DNA from: Mobula hypostoma
Taxonomy: Eukaryota
DNA length: 64,000 nucleotides
Assembly: GCF_963921235.1 (NCBI RefSeq)
Contig: NC_086108.1
Location: 29,824,001 to 29,888,000, forward strand
Direction of reading: 5' to 3'
The notes under the pieces were generated by a model. That model worked only from the letters and a program-made list of their open reading frames with translations, did no database searches and had not been told where the DNA came from. The stretch's first letter is position 1; each line of letters opens with the position of its first letter. Position numbers and translations under genes: made by a program. Of this stretch, positions 52,250 through 64,000 are shown piece by piece.

Positions 52250-53030
52250 GTGACAATTAGATTCATTATCATTGTTTATAGCTGCAGTACAGTACAAAAA
52301 CAAACTACTGTATTGAAAGTTACAAAATACTACAAAAAAAGTGTCCATAGATCATTTGGAAATCAGATGATGGGGAAGAAGCTGTTCCTGAATCATTGAA
52401 TGTGAGTGTTCAGGCTCATATACCTGGTAGTAATGAGAAGGCAGCAAATTCCCCTGATGCGAGTCCTTGCAGATGGATGTTGCCTTGGGAATCTGCTCTT
52501 CAAGATGTCTTCTCTTGGGGTGGGTAGTGCCCATGATGGAAATAACTATATAACCCTTTACAGCCTCTTATGATGCTGTGTATCGGAGGCATCATTCCAG
52601 GCTATGAAGCAACCAGTCAGAATGCTCTCCACTGGATATAAAAATTTGCATATCTTTGATGAACTAAATCTTAAATTTCTAAAGTAGGACTACTGGCCTG
52701 CCTTCATGAATGCATCACTATGTTAGGTCCAAGCTAGATCTTTTGAGACATTGACCCCCAGAAATTTGAAGCTGCTCTACTGACCTCTCAGTGAGTACTG
52801 AGGTGTGTTCTCTTGATTTCCCCTTCCTGAAGTCCACAATCGATGTCTTTATCCTACTGATACTGAATGTAAGGATGCTGTTATAATACCACTCAACCAG
52901 CCAATTTATTTCACTCCTGCACGCCTCCTTGATGGCAGCGATAATGGTGCTATCTGCAAATTTAATTGATATCACTGGAGCTGTGCGTAGACACACAGTC
53001 GTGGCTGCACGTAACATCCGTGAGGTATGA
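52250..53030 (-). mobile_element. Rex1/Babar-like LINE 3' fragment
   Basis: Motifs IKFADST, RSEINWLVEWY and IVDFRKGKS.EHT.V. Confidence 0.8.
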
Positions 53031-53509
53031 TTGATTGTCATCAAGTAGATGTTAGTACCAATCTGTACTGACTGGGATCTAGCGACAATGAGAACCTCCT
53101 GGGTTTTAGGGAAATCAAAACTTGTCTAACTCTTTCCGGGAGAGAAAATCTGCCATTCTAATTTGGTATCAAAAGAAATCCCCTTATCCTAAAACGAAAC
53201 TAATTTTAAGTGTAATAATCATGTCGCTCCCTTTATTACTGAAACATCCTGGTGAATCACTTGCAACAAACAAATCTGTACTGTTCAGTGATGCCCCAGT
53301 ATCTCATTGGCAATTGTTTAAAAGGGGAGGCCACCGAGCCTTGCAAATGATTTTTTTTTGTTAGATGAAGGATGCTGATTTGTCAAGAGCATTTTATGGG
53401 GCTAGAGGTAGCGACGAAATGTTGCATTACTAGGCAACTTTGGATCCCACTTCCCATTCTTTCAAAAATCCACCCCAGGTTTTTACGCCTTGGTGAGGTT
53501 TGTTTTAAT

Positions 53510-54230
53510 AAACGCCAAGACACGCACGCAAGGCGCTCATTTGAATGGGGCAATGACATCACCGCTAGTAGATGAAAAAGTTTTTCCCACCTCCTTTTGA
53601 AGAAGGGAGTTGAGCGTGAAGTAATCCAGGCAGCGGGGCTGAGCAGCCCGAGCCTCGGCAACAGAGGCGGCGGCGGCTGTCAGTCACCCGTCAGACGACG
53701 CCCGGGCGGCAGCTGTCAATCTGCCGCTCCTGGCTGGGAGGCAGCTGTCAACCTGTCAAGCAGCCGCGCTGCCAGGCAACTGCAACACCCCGGCGCCGAG
53801 GGATCCCTCCGCACCCACTCCATCCATCACGCACTTCACTCTAGCACCATGTTTCTGTAGCTATTATTTTGCTCCCTAACAGAACGCAACACCCGCTCCC
53901 TCAAAAGATAGGTGTTTATTTTTTTGGGAAGCCGTCTCCAATGATCTCCCCGTTACCTGTGGAATTGCTGCCAGCCGCCGCCTCCACTTGGACCCCTGAT
54001 GCGGGCGCTCACGGTATGTTCGACCGTAAGCGTTCCGCGGTGCGCAACATTCAGCAGAGCTTGGTGCTGGAACTGCTCGGCGAACCGAACGTGGCCCTGC
54101 AGAACTATCAAGCCAGGTCCCCGGAGGAAAGCAGCTCGCCGGTACGTGTCTTTCTGGGCGGTGGGCTGGAGGGACAACGGGGCATGGTTCATTGTGCTGA
54201 GGTGCTGCTGAGCGCACTGAAGCAACGTTC
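53510..54230 (+). promoter_or_regulatory. CpG island / promoter and 5' UTR of the RalGDS-family exon
   Basis: Sharp local rise in GC and CpG in an otherwise CpG-depleted window; it does not look like a repeat and it contains four CTGTCA motifs and the coding exon. Confidence 0.8.
53941..54141 (+). CDS. RGL1: First coding exon (67 aa, phase-0 donor) of a RalGDS-family Ral GEF, probably an alternative first exon of RGL1
   Basis: ATG at 53941 lies in the CpG island and reads MISPLPVELLPAAAS...MFDRKRSAVRNIQQSLVLELLGEPNVALQNYQARSPEESSSP, followed by a CCG|GTACGT donor at 54142. From memory it resembles RalGDS-family N-termini (RALGDS ...RSVWDAVRLEV...VVLHSFTQLDP, RGL2 LRLLL...VVLSSFRSRDPEE, fish Rgl1 ...VALQ..QPRSPE). 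The next exon (SS.QDWGEE) was not found in the window. The paralogue assignment is uncertain. Confidence 0.55.
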
Positions 54231-56913
54231 ACTGGGTGTTTTCCCCCCTCTTTCTCTTCACGATTGTTTATTGCAAGTCACAAAAGTCAGCATTGCGTGA
54301 TATTTCAAGAGTCTGAAATTGGCATTTCAATTGTTTTTTTCCATAAGGGGCCCGGGGTAGTGTTAAGGCGTTGGTGTTTCTATAATAATGTGGCTACATG
54401 TATCCATAACCTCCAGTGTAATTTTTGCCTCCCTTTAGAGATTTTGATTGTAATAGATGATATGGAAATTGGGGCTTATTCGGGTGGTTACTAAATGGAC
54501 AAACTCTGCCTGTTAATTAACCTTTGCTTTTAGGGCACGGGGCAATCAGTGCTGATATTATTATATTGTTTTTTTTCCGCGTGGGATGCTCGCTTTGTCA
54601 AAATGAAAGGACCGAACAGTCCGTATTTGCTTTTGAAAAGGTCTTGTAAATACTTAAAGCAGGACTTTCGTCAGTTCTGCGTTGCAGCAACCGAGGGGGC
54701 TATTGTGCTGCCTTGTATCTTTACTGTAGCGCTTTGGGATAGTAAACTCGGTAATAATTTTAGTTGGGGATTGTCCGCACAGCAAAGTCTTCATAAACTT
54801 GGCCATTTCTCGGATGTTAGGAAGAGCAAGTGTTTCCGCTTGCGGCAACATGCGACGGGTTATAAAACGCTAACTAGTCACATGTTGTGAATGTTAACGT
54901 TGTCAGCATTCCGGGATGAATGGAGAATCTCCGCAGCTCACAGGTCACAGGACGAAACCAAACGTGCTGGCCAGTAATCGGCTGAATTTCAAACGGAACG
55001 TAGTAACGAAATAAAGAACTGCAATAGTTGAGGTCCCGACAGCAGATTCCTTAGAGTTCTTGGTTTGCTGAGAGCTGGTTGAGAGACAAAGAAAGAAAAA
55101 TCTGGGAAATAACCTCCTTGCCTGAGATTTGAAGGGGAGCCGCAGTATTTGCAATATCAACAGTGCGTTGCTGACCGGTTTTCCTCGATCTTGATCCTTG
55201 CACTCTGAATGCCAATCAGAAAACTACCCCAATCATTAGATAGGTAAAGCGCATACTTTGTGCGACGTCATTCGAGTGTTATAAATTATAAACAATTTTA
55301 TTGGCGACGTGTAGATAGCTATTGGAACGGTTTGGGGTTCCATCTTTGATTAAAAACATTCTGCTTTAGACTGTTATGGTTAAGCTGTATTCTAGGGCTA
55401 CATATTATCCTGTCCTTTGAGGGGAAATGGGTGCAATTCCAGAACAGATTTAAGGCTTTTGTGCTTCTTGGGAGTGTGTTGAGGGTAGGGAAATGGTGAG
55501 AAAGTGATGGGAGAAGAGGAACTCCTCCATTGTTATTCAGCTATTGTGGAAGTTCAGTGAAGCCAGTCTAAATCTCCTCTTTGTGTTCACAGTGGCTGCT
55601 TTATGTTGGGGTAACAATAGTCAAATGAAGAGACTCCAGGTAACCCATTTCACAGTGGGGTCTTGTTACAGTCACTGTTTTGTCCACTGAGAAATGAGAT
55701 GGAGCTTGGAGGTATGGACCATGTGGAAGTTGCTTCATCAATTCTACTAACCTTCCATGAAAGATAGGCTGTGTATTTCGTAAATGGGTTGAACACTTGT
55801 GCAAAATGTGAGTTTAGAAAATCAACACATCAGAGGAGCATAATATTTGCTTTATTTTCTATGTTAATGCAACATGAATTTGAAATTCAGCTCCTATAGT
55901 AGATATTAGTGTCTCTAGCCTGTTTAACCTAGTGTGAATATTGTTGATTTCTGTTATCTAGGCTGGTTAGTAGACTTGATATGAATTATTGTTAGTACTA
56001 ATCAGTTTTGAATGATGTTCTGCAACTTGTGGGCAGACTAGGATAGCATGACGGACAAATAGAACCATCGTAAAGGAAAGATATTAATCTGCTCAGCAGT
56101 CTTAAAAACATGCCATTTATACACCGCTGAAAATTGTGGTTTCGTGATTACCCATGGGAACTCCTGGACTTCATTAGTGTTGGTGTGAAATTTTCCTTTT
56201 TTTCCTTGACTGTGACAATGATTTGAAGGATTTTTTAAATGTCCTGAGGGCACTATTGAGGAATGTGCCATCTTTGTCCAAATGGTGGCATCCTAGTGTC
56301 ATTATTTCTGAGTGTTTTCTCTGCACCCTTGTACGTTTTCATTCTTTATCCCTAACAATTGCAAGAAACAAACATGTTATTGATTATTTCAATGACTCTT
56401 GAAACAGAACTGTGTGTGTGTTTTTCTCCCCCATGATGGCCACCACTTGTGTCTATAAGCATGCAAACTGCAGTGTAGAGATCTCAATAAGCTGACTCTG
56501 GTAAGGTTCACAAGGCAATATGCAAGATTGTTATCTTCAATATGAAAATGGATATTATTTTATATATATTTTACATATTTAGATACTGTTAGGAGTTCAA
56601 CTGTTAAGTTTTGGGTAACAAGTTTACCTGGGGAGATGAAGGAAGTTCAATTGGGTCCAGTCAGCAGAACATTAATTTACATTCTATTGATGCCCCAGCT
56701 GAGTTACTGAACAGATTTCACTGGATGTCTCTTCTGTTGTTGCCTTGGCTTGCTTCCATTTCGACCATTTTTTTGCTCCATTTGAGACCTTGGCCTGGAT
56801 ATCATTGAAACGCTTTGAAACTATCATTATCATACACAATTAGAGTAACACTTTGAAGAGTTTTCGAGGCAAGACTGTAGTTCGTATACCGCTTGGATGT
56901 AAACAACCTAGGT

Positions 56914-56993
56914 CATGAGTTCCCAACCTAGGGTCCACTGACTCCTTAGTTAATGATAAGGGTCCCTGGCATAAAAAAGATTGGAAACCCTTG
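56914..56993. mobile_element. 80-bp hAT MITE, same family as 44184-44270 in the opposite orientation
   Basis: TIRs CATGAGTTCCCAACC / GATTGGAAACCCTTG; imperfect 8-bp TSD ACCTAGGT / ATCTATGT. Confidence 0.65.
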
Positions 56994-57174
56994 ATCTATG
57001 TTAGCAGTCTAGTATCTTGGTATATAAGAAAATACTACCTCTAGATATCTCATAGACAGTACATTTTTGTATATCTCTACAGTCTTTTGGATGTGAATCC
57101 AAGATATTTTCCTTGCACGCAGTTCCATGGAGCTTGAAGCAATCTCCATTTGCAACCAATAACTAAAACACACT

Positions 57175-57320
57175 CTCATTGTTTATGGGAGCTCGCTGTG
57201 CTTGAGTTGGCAGCTGCATTCACAAGGACAACTCCAAAAGCACTTAATTTACTCAGTACAATTATTTACACCAATCTTAAAGGATGCCAGCTATATGTGT
57301 GTTTGACTTTATCTTTCTCT
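57175..57320 (+). mobile_element. Deu-SINE 3' remnant
   Basis: GTTTATGGGAGCTCGCTGTGC..TTGGCAGCTGC..CAAAAGCACTTAATT; similar remnants at about 18640-18790 (+) and 43370-43560 (-). Confidence 0.5.
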
Positions 57321-58850
57321 TTCTAAAAGTAAGACAATGGATGTTGAAAAATTCAATTTTAATAAACTAATCAAAAAAGTCAAGTAACAATAATTTTTAC
57401 TTTGCACTGAAAGATGCGTTTAACTGTTCAGTACAAAGAGATAGCTTTGGTTATCACATTCATTGAAAACACCTTTTCCTATTTTAGCTGATGCTTGTAA
57501 CATTTTGGTCATTGATTTTTGCTAAATTTCCTGCCCCTTGATTTTTAAGCCAGGAGTGGTAAATGGTGAGTTTATGAGGTCATTGTCAATTGCATTCACC
57601 AACTGCTACTATCTTATCCAAGGATATGGAAAAGAGCAAAGGAGTTTGTTTGCTTCCTTAACTTTGCAACTAGGTTAAAGGTTGTATACTCAAATGTGCC
57701 TTTTGTGGCGACTGAACATTTTAGCTGTGGAGAGTTATTGTCTTCTGGAGTTGTGTTTTGTAATTTGCTGAAAGGCTCCAGAAGTCCATCTGTGCCCTAA
57801 TGACTTCGCTAAATAGTAAAGAGTAAAGTTGCCTCCTCCACATCTAAAGTCTTCTGTGTCTCCCAGTCTCCTAAGTATTGCCTAGCTAGTTCAGTATCTC
57901 AATTCCAGAGAAAGTCCTGCTTTTGCAAGCTTGTTTGTATAAAACTGTCCCTTTTTGTTGAAGGGGCTATGGGTGGGAAAAGAAGGATGCATTGGTAAAT
58001 GCACAAGAGATTCAGGAGATGGTTACCTTGAATTGAGGGTTTTAGCTAACAGGAGTAATAGAATCAGCTAGGTTTCGCATAACAGAATGGTTGGGGGTGG
58101 AATAGTGACCATTTGAGATGAGAAAAAAATTGAGGGGCATAGATAATCACTGTATTTTTCCAGAAAGCCATGGAATCTAAAGCCAGAGGGTGTAGGTTTA
58201 AGGTGAAAGGTGAGAAGAGAGATCTGAGGGCCACGCTTTCCTACATAGAGGGAGGTGAGTATATGCAATGAACTGCCTGATGTTAGAGGCAAAATTATTT
58301 CTAACTATTAACATTTGAGCAGATACTTGGATAGGAAGGGTGCTGAGGTATAGGGGCCTCACGATCAGCATTGATGGACATTTTGGCCATCATGGACATG
58401 TTAGGCCATGCATTCCATTTCTATGCTGCTGACCTGACCACAACTACTGCTGACATGTTTAGTTACTTAGTTTTATTTTTAATCTAAAAGAAATAGTTCC
58501 CTGTTCCTAAGCATTATGAAGAAATGGATGATTCATCCAAGCTGTTTTCCATCTTCCTTGAAATGCTTTCTCATTTTTGTTTTGCTTAGTTAGGATTTAT
58601 CCTCAACAAAGATCCAAACATTTTGTGCATGCAGAAGGCTGCTGGTACTCTATAGAGGAAAGAACTGAAGTACATAAAATAAACAACAAAGCAAGTTGAA
58701 CAGTACACTACAGCACAGAAACAAGCTCTTCGGCAGAGCCTGTCCAACTAAGTTAGTAATCAAATGACCATCTAAACTAATCCCTTCTGCCTTCGTAATG
58801 TCCACATAATTCCATTTGCCTCACAACCATGTGCCTATCCACAACACCTC

Positions 58851-61800
58851 CGTTCCAGTGGCAGGAGCAGGCCACAGCGATGAGGTTTCTCGCAGCTCAG
58901 CGGCGCTTGTTTAAAAGGAGAGCTTTGCAGGTGCTCGGGCTTATTCTGACTGCCCAATTAACAGCAGGAGCAGGCCACAGCGACGGACTTTCTCGCAGGT
59001 CGGTGACATTTGTTTACAAGTACAGAATGGACAAGTGGGGCGGCCATTGTTGGGAGTAGGACAGTGGTGAGAGAAGGAGAGTCGGGTTTTGGCTCAAAAG
59101 AGGTCAGCAATGCTTGGAAGAGGTGTTGGCTCTGGGTAAGCCTCTGTTAAGGTTCCCTTTTCTCTCTCTCCGAGTGTAGTAAATGGCTGTTGTGTGTTCT
59201 TCATGCTGGATGTTGAATCCTGGGAGACCCAGAGTCTCCCAGGGAACTACATCTGCGTGGTGCATCCAGCTGCAGCTCCTTGAAGACCGTGTTAGGGATC
59301 TGGAGCAGCAGCTGGATGACCTTCGGCTGGTGCGGGAGAGTGAAGAGATCATTGATCAGAGTCACAGGGAAGTAGTCACCACTGAGTTACAGGAGGAGAG
59401 TAGCTGGGTGACCAGCAGGAGAAATGGATACATGAATAGGCAGATAGCACAGTGGCTATTTCTCTCAATAATAAGTATACTGCTTTGGATACTGTAGTCA
59501 GGGATGACCTCCCAGGAGAATGCCACAGAGACTGGATGCTGGCACTGAGTGTGGGTCCATGATGCAGAAGGGAAAGAGGGAGAAGAGTGGAGTGGTAGTG
59601 ATAAAGGACTCGATAGTCAGGGGAACAGACAGAAGATTCTGTGGACGTGAATGGGACACCCGAATGTATGTTGCCTCCCTGGTACCAGGGTCAGAGACGT
59701 CTCAGATCGTGTCCACAGCATTTTGGAGAGGGAGAGAGAGCAGCCAGATGTATTGGTACCAATGACATAGGAAGGAAAAGCAAAGAGGTCCTGAAAAGAG
59801 AATTTATAGAGCTAGGTAGAAAGCTGAGAAACAGGACCTCTGAGGTAGTAATTTCTGGATTGCTACCTGTGCCATGTGCCAGTGGGTGTAGAAATAGGAT
59901 AATTTGACAGATTAATGCATGGTTGAGAAGTTGGTGCAGGTTCTTGGATAATTGGATCTCTTCTGGGGGAGGTGTGCGCTGTTCAAAAGTGATGGTTTAC
60001 ACTATTCTCGCAGGCAGGTTTGTTAGAGCTGTTGGGGGGGGAGGGGTGGATTGAAGCTAATTTGGCTGGGTGATGGGAACCAGAGTGAAGGGTCTCAGGA
60101 TAGGACAAATGGTAAAAAAAAAAGTGAAGATAGCATGCAATCAGACTGTCAGAAAGGGCAGGCAAATGATAGGACAAAATTGCAGCCAGCAGGGTGAGTA
60201 TCAGTGTTTTACAGATGCAGAATCAAAAAGGGTAGCAAATACAGTACTCAAAGTGTTATATCTCAATGGCTGGAATATAAGAAATTAGGTGGATGATCTT
60301 GTTTCACTTTTATAGATGGTCGGGTATGATGTTGTGGCCATCACTGAATTGTGGCTGAAGGATGGTTATAGTTGGGAGCAGAATGTCCAAGGTTACACGT
60401 TGTATCGAAGGGATAAGAAGATAGTCAGAGGGGATGGCATGGTTCTGATGGAAAATAATGGCATCAAATCAGTAGAAAGATGTGATATAGGATTAGAAGA
60501 TGTTGAATCCTTTGTGGGTTGAGTTAAGAAACTGCAAAGGTAAAAGGACACTGATGCAGTTATATATACAGGCCTCCCAACAACAGCTGGGATGTGGACC
60601 ACAGATTAAAATGGGAAATGGAAAAGGCACGTCAAAAGGACAATGTCATGATAGTCATGGGAGATTTCAACATACACGTCGATTGGGAAAATCAGGTTGG
60701 TAATAGATCTTGAGAGTGAACTTGTTGAATGCCTATGAGATGGCCTTTTGAGCAGTTTGTCATTGAGCCTACTAGGGGATCAGCTGTACTGGATTAGGTG
60801 TTATATAACGAACTGGAGGTGATCAGGGAGATTAAGGTAAAAGAACCCTTAGGAGGCAGTGATCATAATGTGATTGAGTTCAATTTGAAATTTGATAAGG
60901 AGAAAGTAAAGTCTGACGTAGCAGTATTTTAGTGAAGTAAAGGAAATTACAGTGAGAGAGGAGTTGGCCAAAGTAAATTGGAAGGAGATGCTGACAGGGA
61001 TGACAGCAGAGCAGCAATGGTGTGAGTTTCTGGGAAAAAATGAGGAAGGTACAGGATAGATATATTCCAAAGACAAGTATTCAAATGGCAAAGTAGTACA
61101 ACCGTGGCTGATACGGGAAGTCAAAGCTAATGTAAAAGCGAAAGAAAGGACAATACAACAGAGCAAAAATTAGTGGGAGATACTGGATTGGGGAGCTTTT
61201 AAAGACCTACAGAAAGCAATTAAAGAGTCATTAGGAGGGAAAAGATTAAATATGAAAGCAAGCTAACAAAAAATATCAAAGTGGATAGTAAAAACTTTTT
61301 CAAGTATGTATAACATAAAAGAGAGATGATAGGACCGCCAGAAAATGAGGCCAGAGAAATAATAACCGGGGCTAAGGAGATGGCAGGTAAACTAAATGAG
61401 TATTTTGCATTAGTCTTCACTGTGAAGACACTAGCAGTGTGCCAGATGTTGAAGGGTGTGAAGGAAGAGAAGTGAATGCAGTTACTATTACTAGGGAGAA
61501 GGTGCTCAAAAAGCTGAAAGACCTAAGAGTACGTAAGTCACCCGGGCCAGATGAACTACACCCTAGGGTTCTGAAAAAGGTAGCAGTAGAGATTGTGGAG
61601 GTATTAGAAATGATCTTTCAAACATCATTAGACTCTGGCATGTGCCAGAGAACTGGAAAATTGTAAATGTCACTGCACTCTTCAAGAAAGGAGGAAAGCA
61701 GCAGAAAGGAAATTATAGACCTTTTAACCTGACCTCATGGGTTGGGAAAATGTTGGAGTCAGTTATCAAGAATGAGGTTATTGGAGTCGGTTGTTGTTAT

Positions 61801-62305
61801 GGAGTACTTGGTGACAGGACAAGATGGGAAAATCTTGCCTGAGTGACCTGTTGAAATTCTTTGAGGAGATTGCATGTAGGATAGATAAAGGGGATGCAGT
61901 GAATGTTGTATACAGTATTTGGACTTTCAGAAGGCCTTTGACAAAGTGCCACAGATGAGCCTGCTTATCAAGTTAAGAGCCCATCGTATTACAAGAAAGT
62001 TCCTGGCATGGTTAGAGCATTGGCTGATTGGTAGGAGGCAGTGAGTGGGAATAAAAGGATCCTTTTCTGGTTGGCTGCCAGTGACTAGTGGTGTTCTGCA
62101 AGGGCCAGTGTTGGGATCACTTCTTGTTATGCTGTTTATCAATGATTCAGATGATGGAATAGATGACTTTATTGCTAAGTTTGCAGATGATACGAAAATT
62201 GGTGGAGGGGCAGGTAGTGTTGAGGAAACAGGTAGGCTGCAGAAGGACAGACAGATTAGGAGAATGGGCAAGAAAATTGCAAATGAAATACAATGTTGGA
62301 AAACA
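58851..62305 (+). mobile_element. CR1 LINE with intact-looking 5' UTR and ORF1; ORF2 decayed and cut late in RT
   Basis: ORF1 CSSC..C(I)QLQLLEDRVRDLEQQL, DSIVRGTDRRFCG and IGTNDIG; ORF2 LYLNG.NIRN, KSPGPDELHPRVLK, GVLQGPVLG and FADDTKIGG. Confidence 0.92.
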
Positions 62306-63928
62306 TAGGGCTTCTACAGATATGTTAAGAGCAAAAGGATAGCAAGGACAAAATTGGTCCTCTGGAGGATCAGAGGGGTAATCTATGCATGGACCTGAAA
62401 GAGATGGAGGAGATCTTTTAATGGATTTTTTTCTCATCTGTATTTACCTGAGAAATGGACACAATCTGTAGATGTGGGGCAATGCACGTGGGGTCATAGA
62501 CACTATACAGATTACAGCAGAGTGTTTACTGACTTGAGGTGGATAAATGCCTAGTCAGTTGTTTAAGAAAGACACTTAGGAATATGCCAGGAAATTATAG
62601 GCTAGTGAGCCTGACGTTAGTAGTGGAAAAGTTTTTGGAAGTTATTCTAAGGGATCACATTTATCAGTATTTGGATAGGCAGGGACTGATTAAGGATAGT
62701 CAATCTGACCGCATGATGACCGATCTTAGAGTTTTAAGAGGAAGTTACCAGGAGGGTTGATGAGGGCAAGGCAGTGGATGTTGTCTACATGGAACTTAGC
62801 AAGCCCTTTGGCAAATTCCCTCATAGGAGGTTGGTAAAGATGGTTCAATCACTTGGCATTCAAGATAAGGTAGCAAATTGAATGAAGTACTGGCTTCACG
62901 GGAGAAGCCAGAGAGTGGTTGTAGACGATTGCCTGTCTGACTGGAGGCTTGTGGCAAGTGGTGTGTCGCAGAGATCAGTCCATTGTTTTTTGTCATCTAT
63001 ATCAATGACCTGGATGATAATGTGACAACTGGATCAGCAAATTTGAGGAGGACACCAAGATTGGCTGTGTAGTGGACAGAGAAGAATACTGTCAGGGCTT
63101 GCAGCAGGATCTGGATAAACTTAAAACATGCGCTGAGAAATGGTAGATGGAGTTTAATTTAGACAAGTGTGAGGTGTTGCACTTTGGGAGGACCAATCAG
63201 GGTACTGTAGGGCTTAAACGATGAGTGGTAGGGCACAGCGTAGTGTGGTAAAACAAAGGGATTTGAGAATGCAGATCCATAAATCATTGAAAATTGCATC
63301 ATAGGTAGATAAGCGTTGTAAAGAAATCTTTCGACATATGGCCCTTCATAAATCAATATAATTACAGGAGTTGGGATGTTATGTTGAAATTGTATCAGAT
63401 GTTGGTGAGGCCTAATTTGAAATATTGTGTCCAGTTTTGGTCATGTACCTACAGGAAAGAGTGCAGAGAAAATTTACAAGGATGTAGCCAGGACTTGAGA
63501 ACCTGAGTTATAGAGGAAGGTTGAATAGGGTTAGGACTTTTAGTCCCTAGAATGTAGAATATTGAGGGGAGATTTGATAGATACAAAATTATGCAGGGTA
63601 TAGATAGGTAAATGCAAGCAGGCTTTTTCCACTGAGGTTGGGTGAGCCTACAACTAGAGTCATGGGTTGGGGGTGAAAGGTGAGAAGTTTAAGGGGGACA
63701 TGAAGGGAAATGTCAGTCGGGGGTAGTGAGCATAGGGAATGAGCTGCTGATACAAATAGTGGATGTAGGGCTGCTTTCAACATTTAAGAGAAATTTGGAT
63801 GGGGTACATGGATAAGAGGGGTTTGGAGGGCTATGGCCTGGATGCAGGATGATGGGACTAGGCAGATTAATGGTTTGGCACAGATTAGATGGGTCAAAGT
63901 GCCTGTTTCTGTGCTGTAGTGTTCTATG
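62306..63928 (+). mobile_element. Second CR1 (subfamily of 6171-9644), 5'-truncated, abutting the previous one
   Basis: Restarts upstream of RT (GFYRYVKSKR, PGNYRLVSLT) and runs to a CR1 tail at 63928. Confidence 0.9.
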
Positions 63929-64000
63929 ACACCACCCCAGGCAAAGCATTCCAGGCATCCATCACTCTTTGGTTTAAAAAAAAATACCCTGTACATCTTT

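Noticed and set aside
53876..54232. Minus-strand 118-aa and 90-aa ORFs and other overlapping frames in the CpG island
   Set aside because: GC-rich sequence yields spurious ORFs; only the plus frame from 53941 has a donor site and a recognisable motif.
1..64000. CRISPR arrays, rRNA genes, operons or intact transposon ORFs
   Set aside because: None seen; the sequence is eukaryotic and every RT or transposase frame has stops or frameshifts.

Overview
Vertebrate genomic DNA, most likely a cartilaginous fish (ray or shark); this is inferred from the repeat repertoire of CR1 LINEs with an esterase ORF1, V-domain and Deu-domain SINEs, and abundant Penelope-like elements. The window is almost entirely transposon-derived. 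It holds several decayed CR1 LINEs, a three-level nest (CR1 inside a Penelope-like element inside a Gypsy LTR element, with junction duplications visible), two much older Gypsy relics not shown by the ORF track, a full-length RTE LINE with a target-site duplication (TSD), short RTE-derived elements, Rex/Babar fragments, a Harbinger derivative, tiny hAT MITEs and SINEs. The only host coding sequence I can support is a 67-codon first coding exon in a CpG island at 53941-54141 (+), resembling the alternative N-terminus of RalGDS-family GEFs (best guess RGL1). The most interesting signals are at the RNA level: a compact structured module at the exact 5' end of the RTE element (a candidate self-cleaving ribozyme of unassigned class) and decayed minimal hammerhead ribozymes in the Penelope-like copies. 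All family assignments come from motif recognition by eye, not database searches. No intact transposon ORF and no prokaryote-style system is present.
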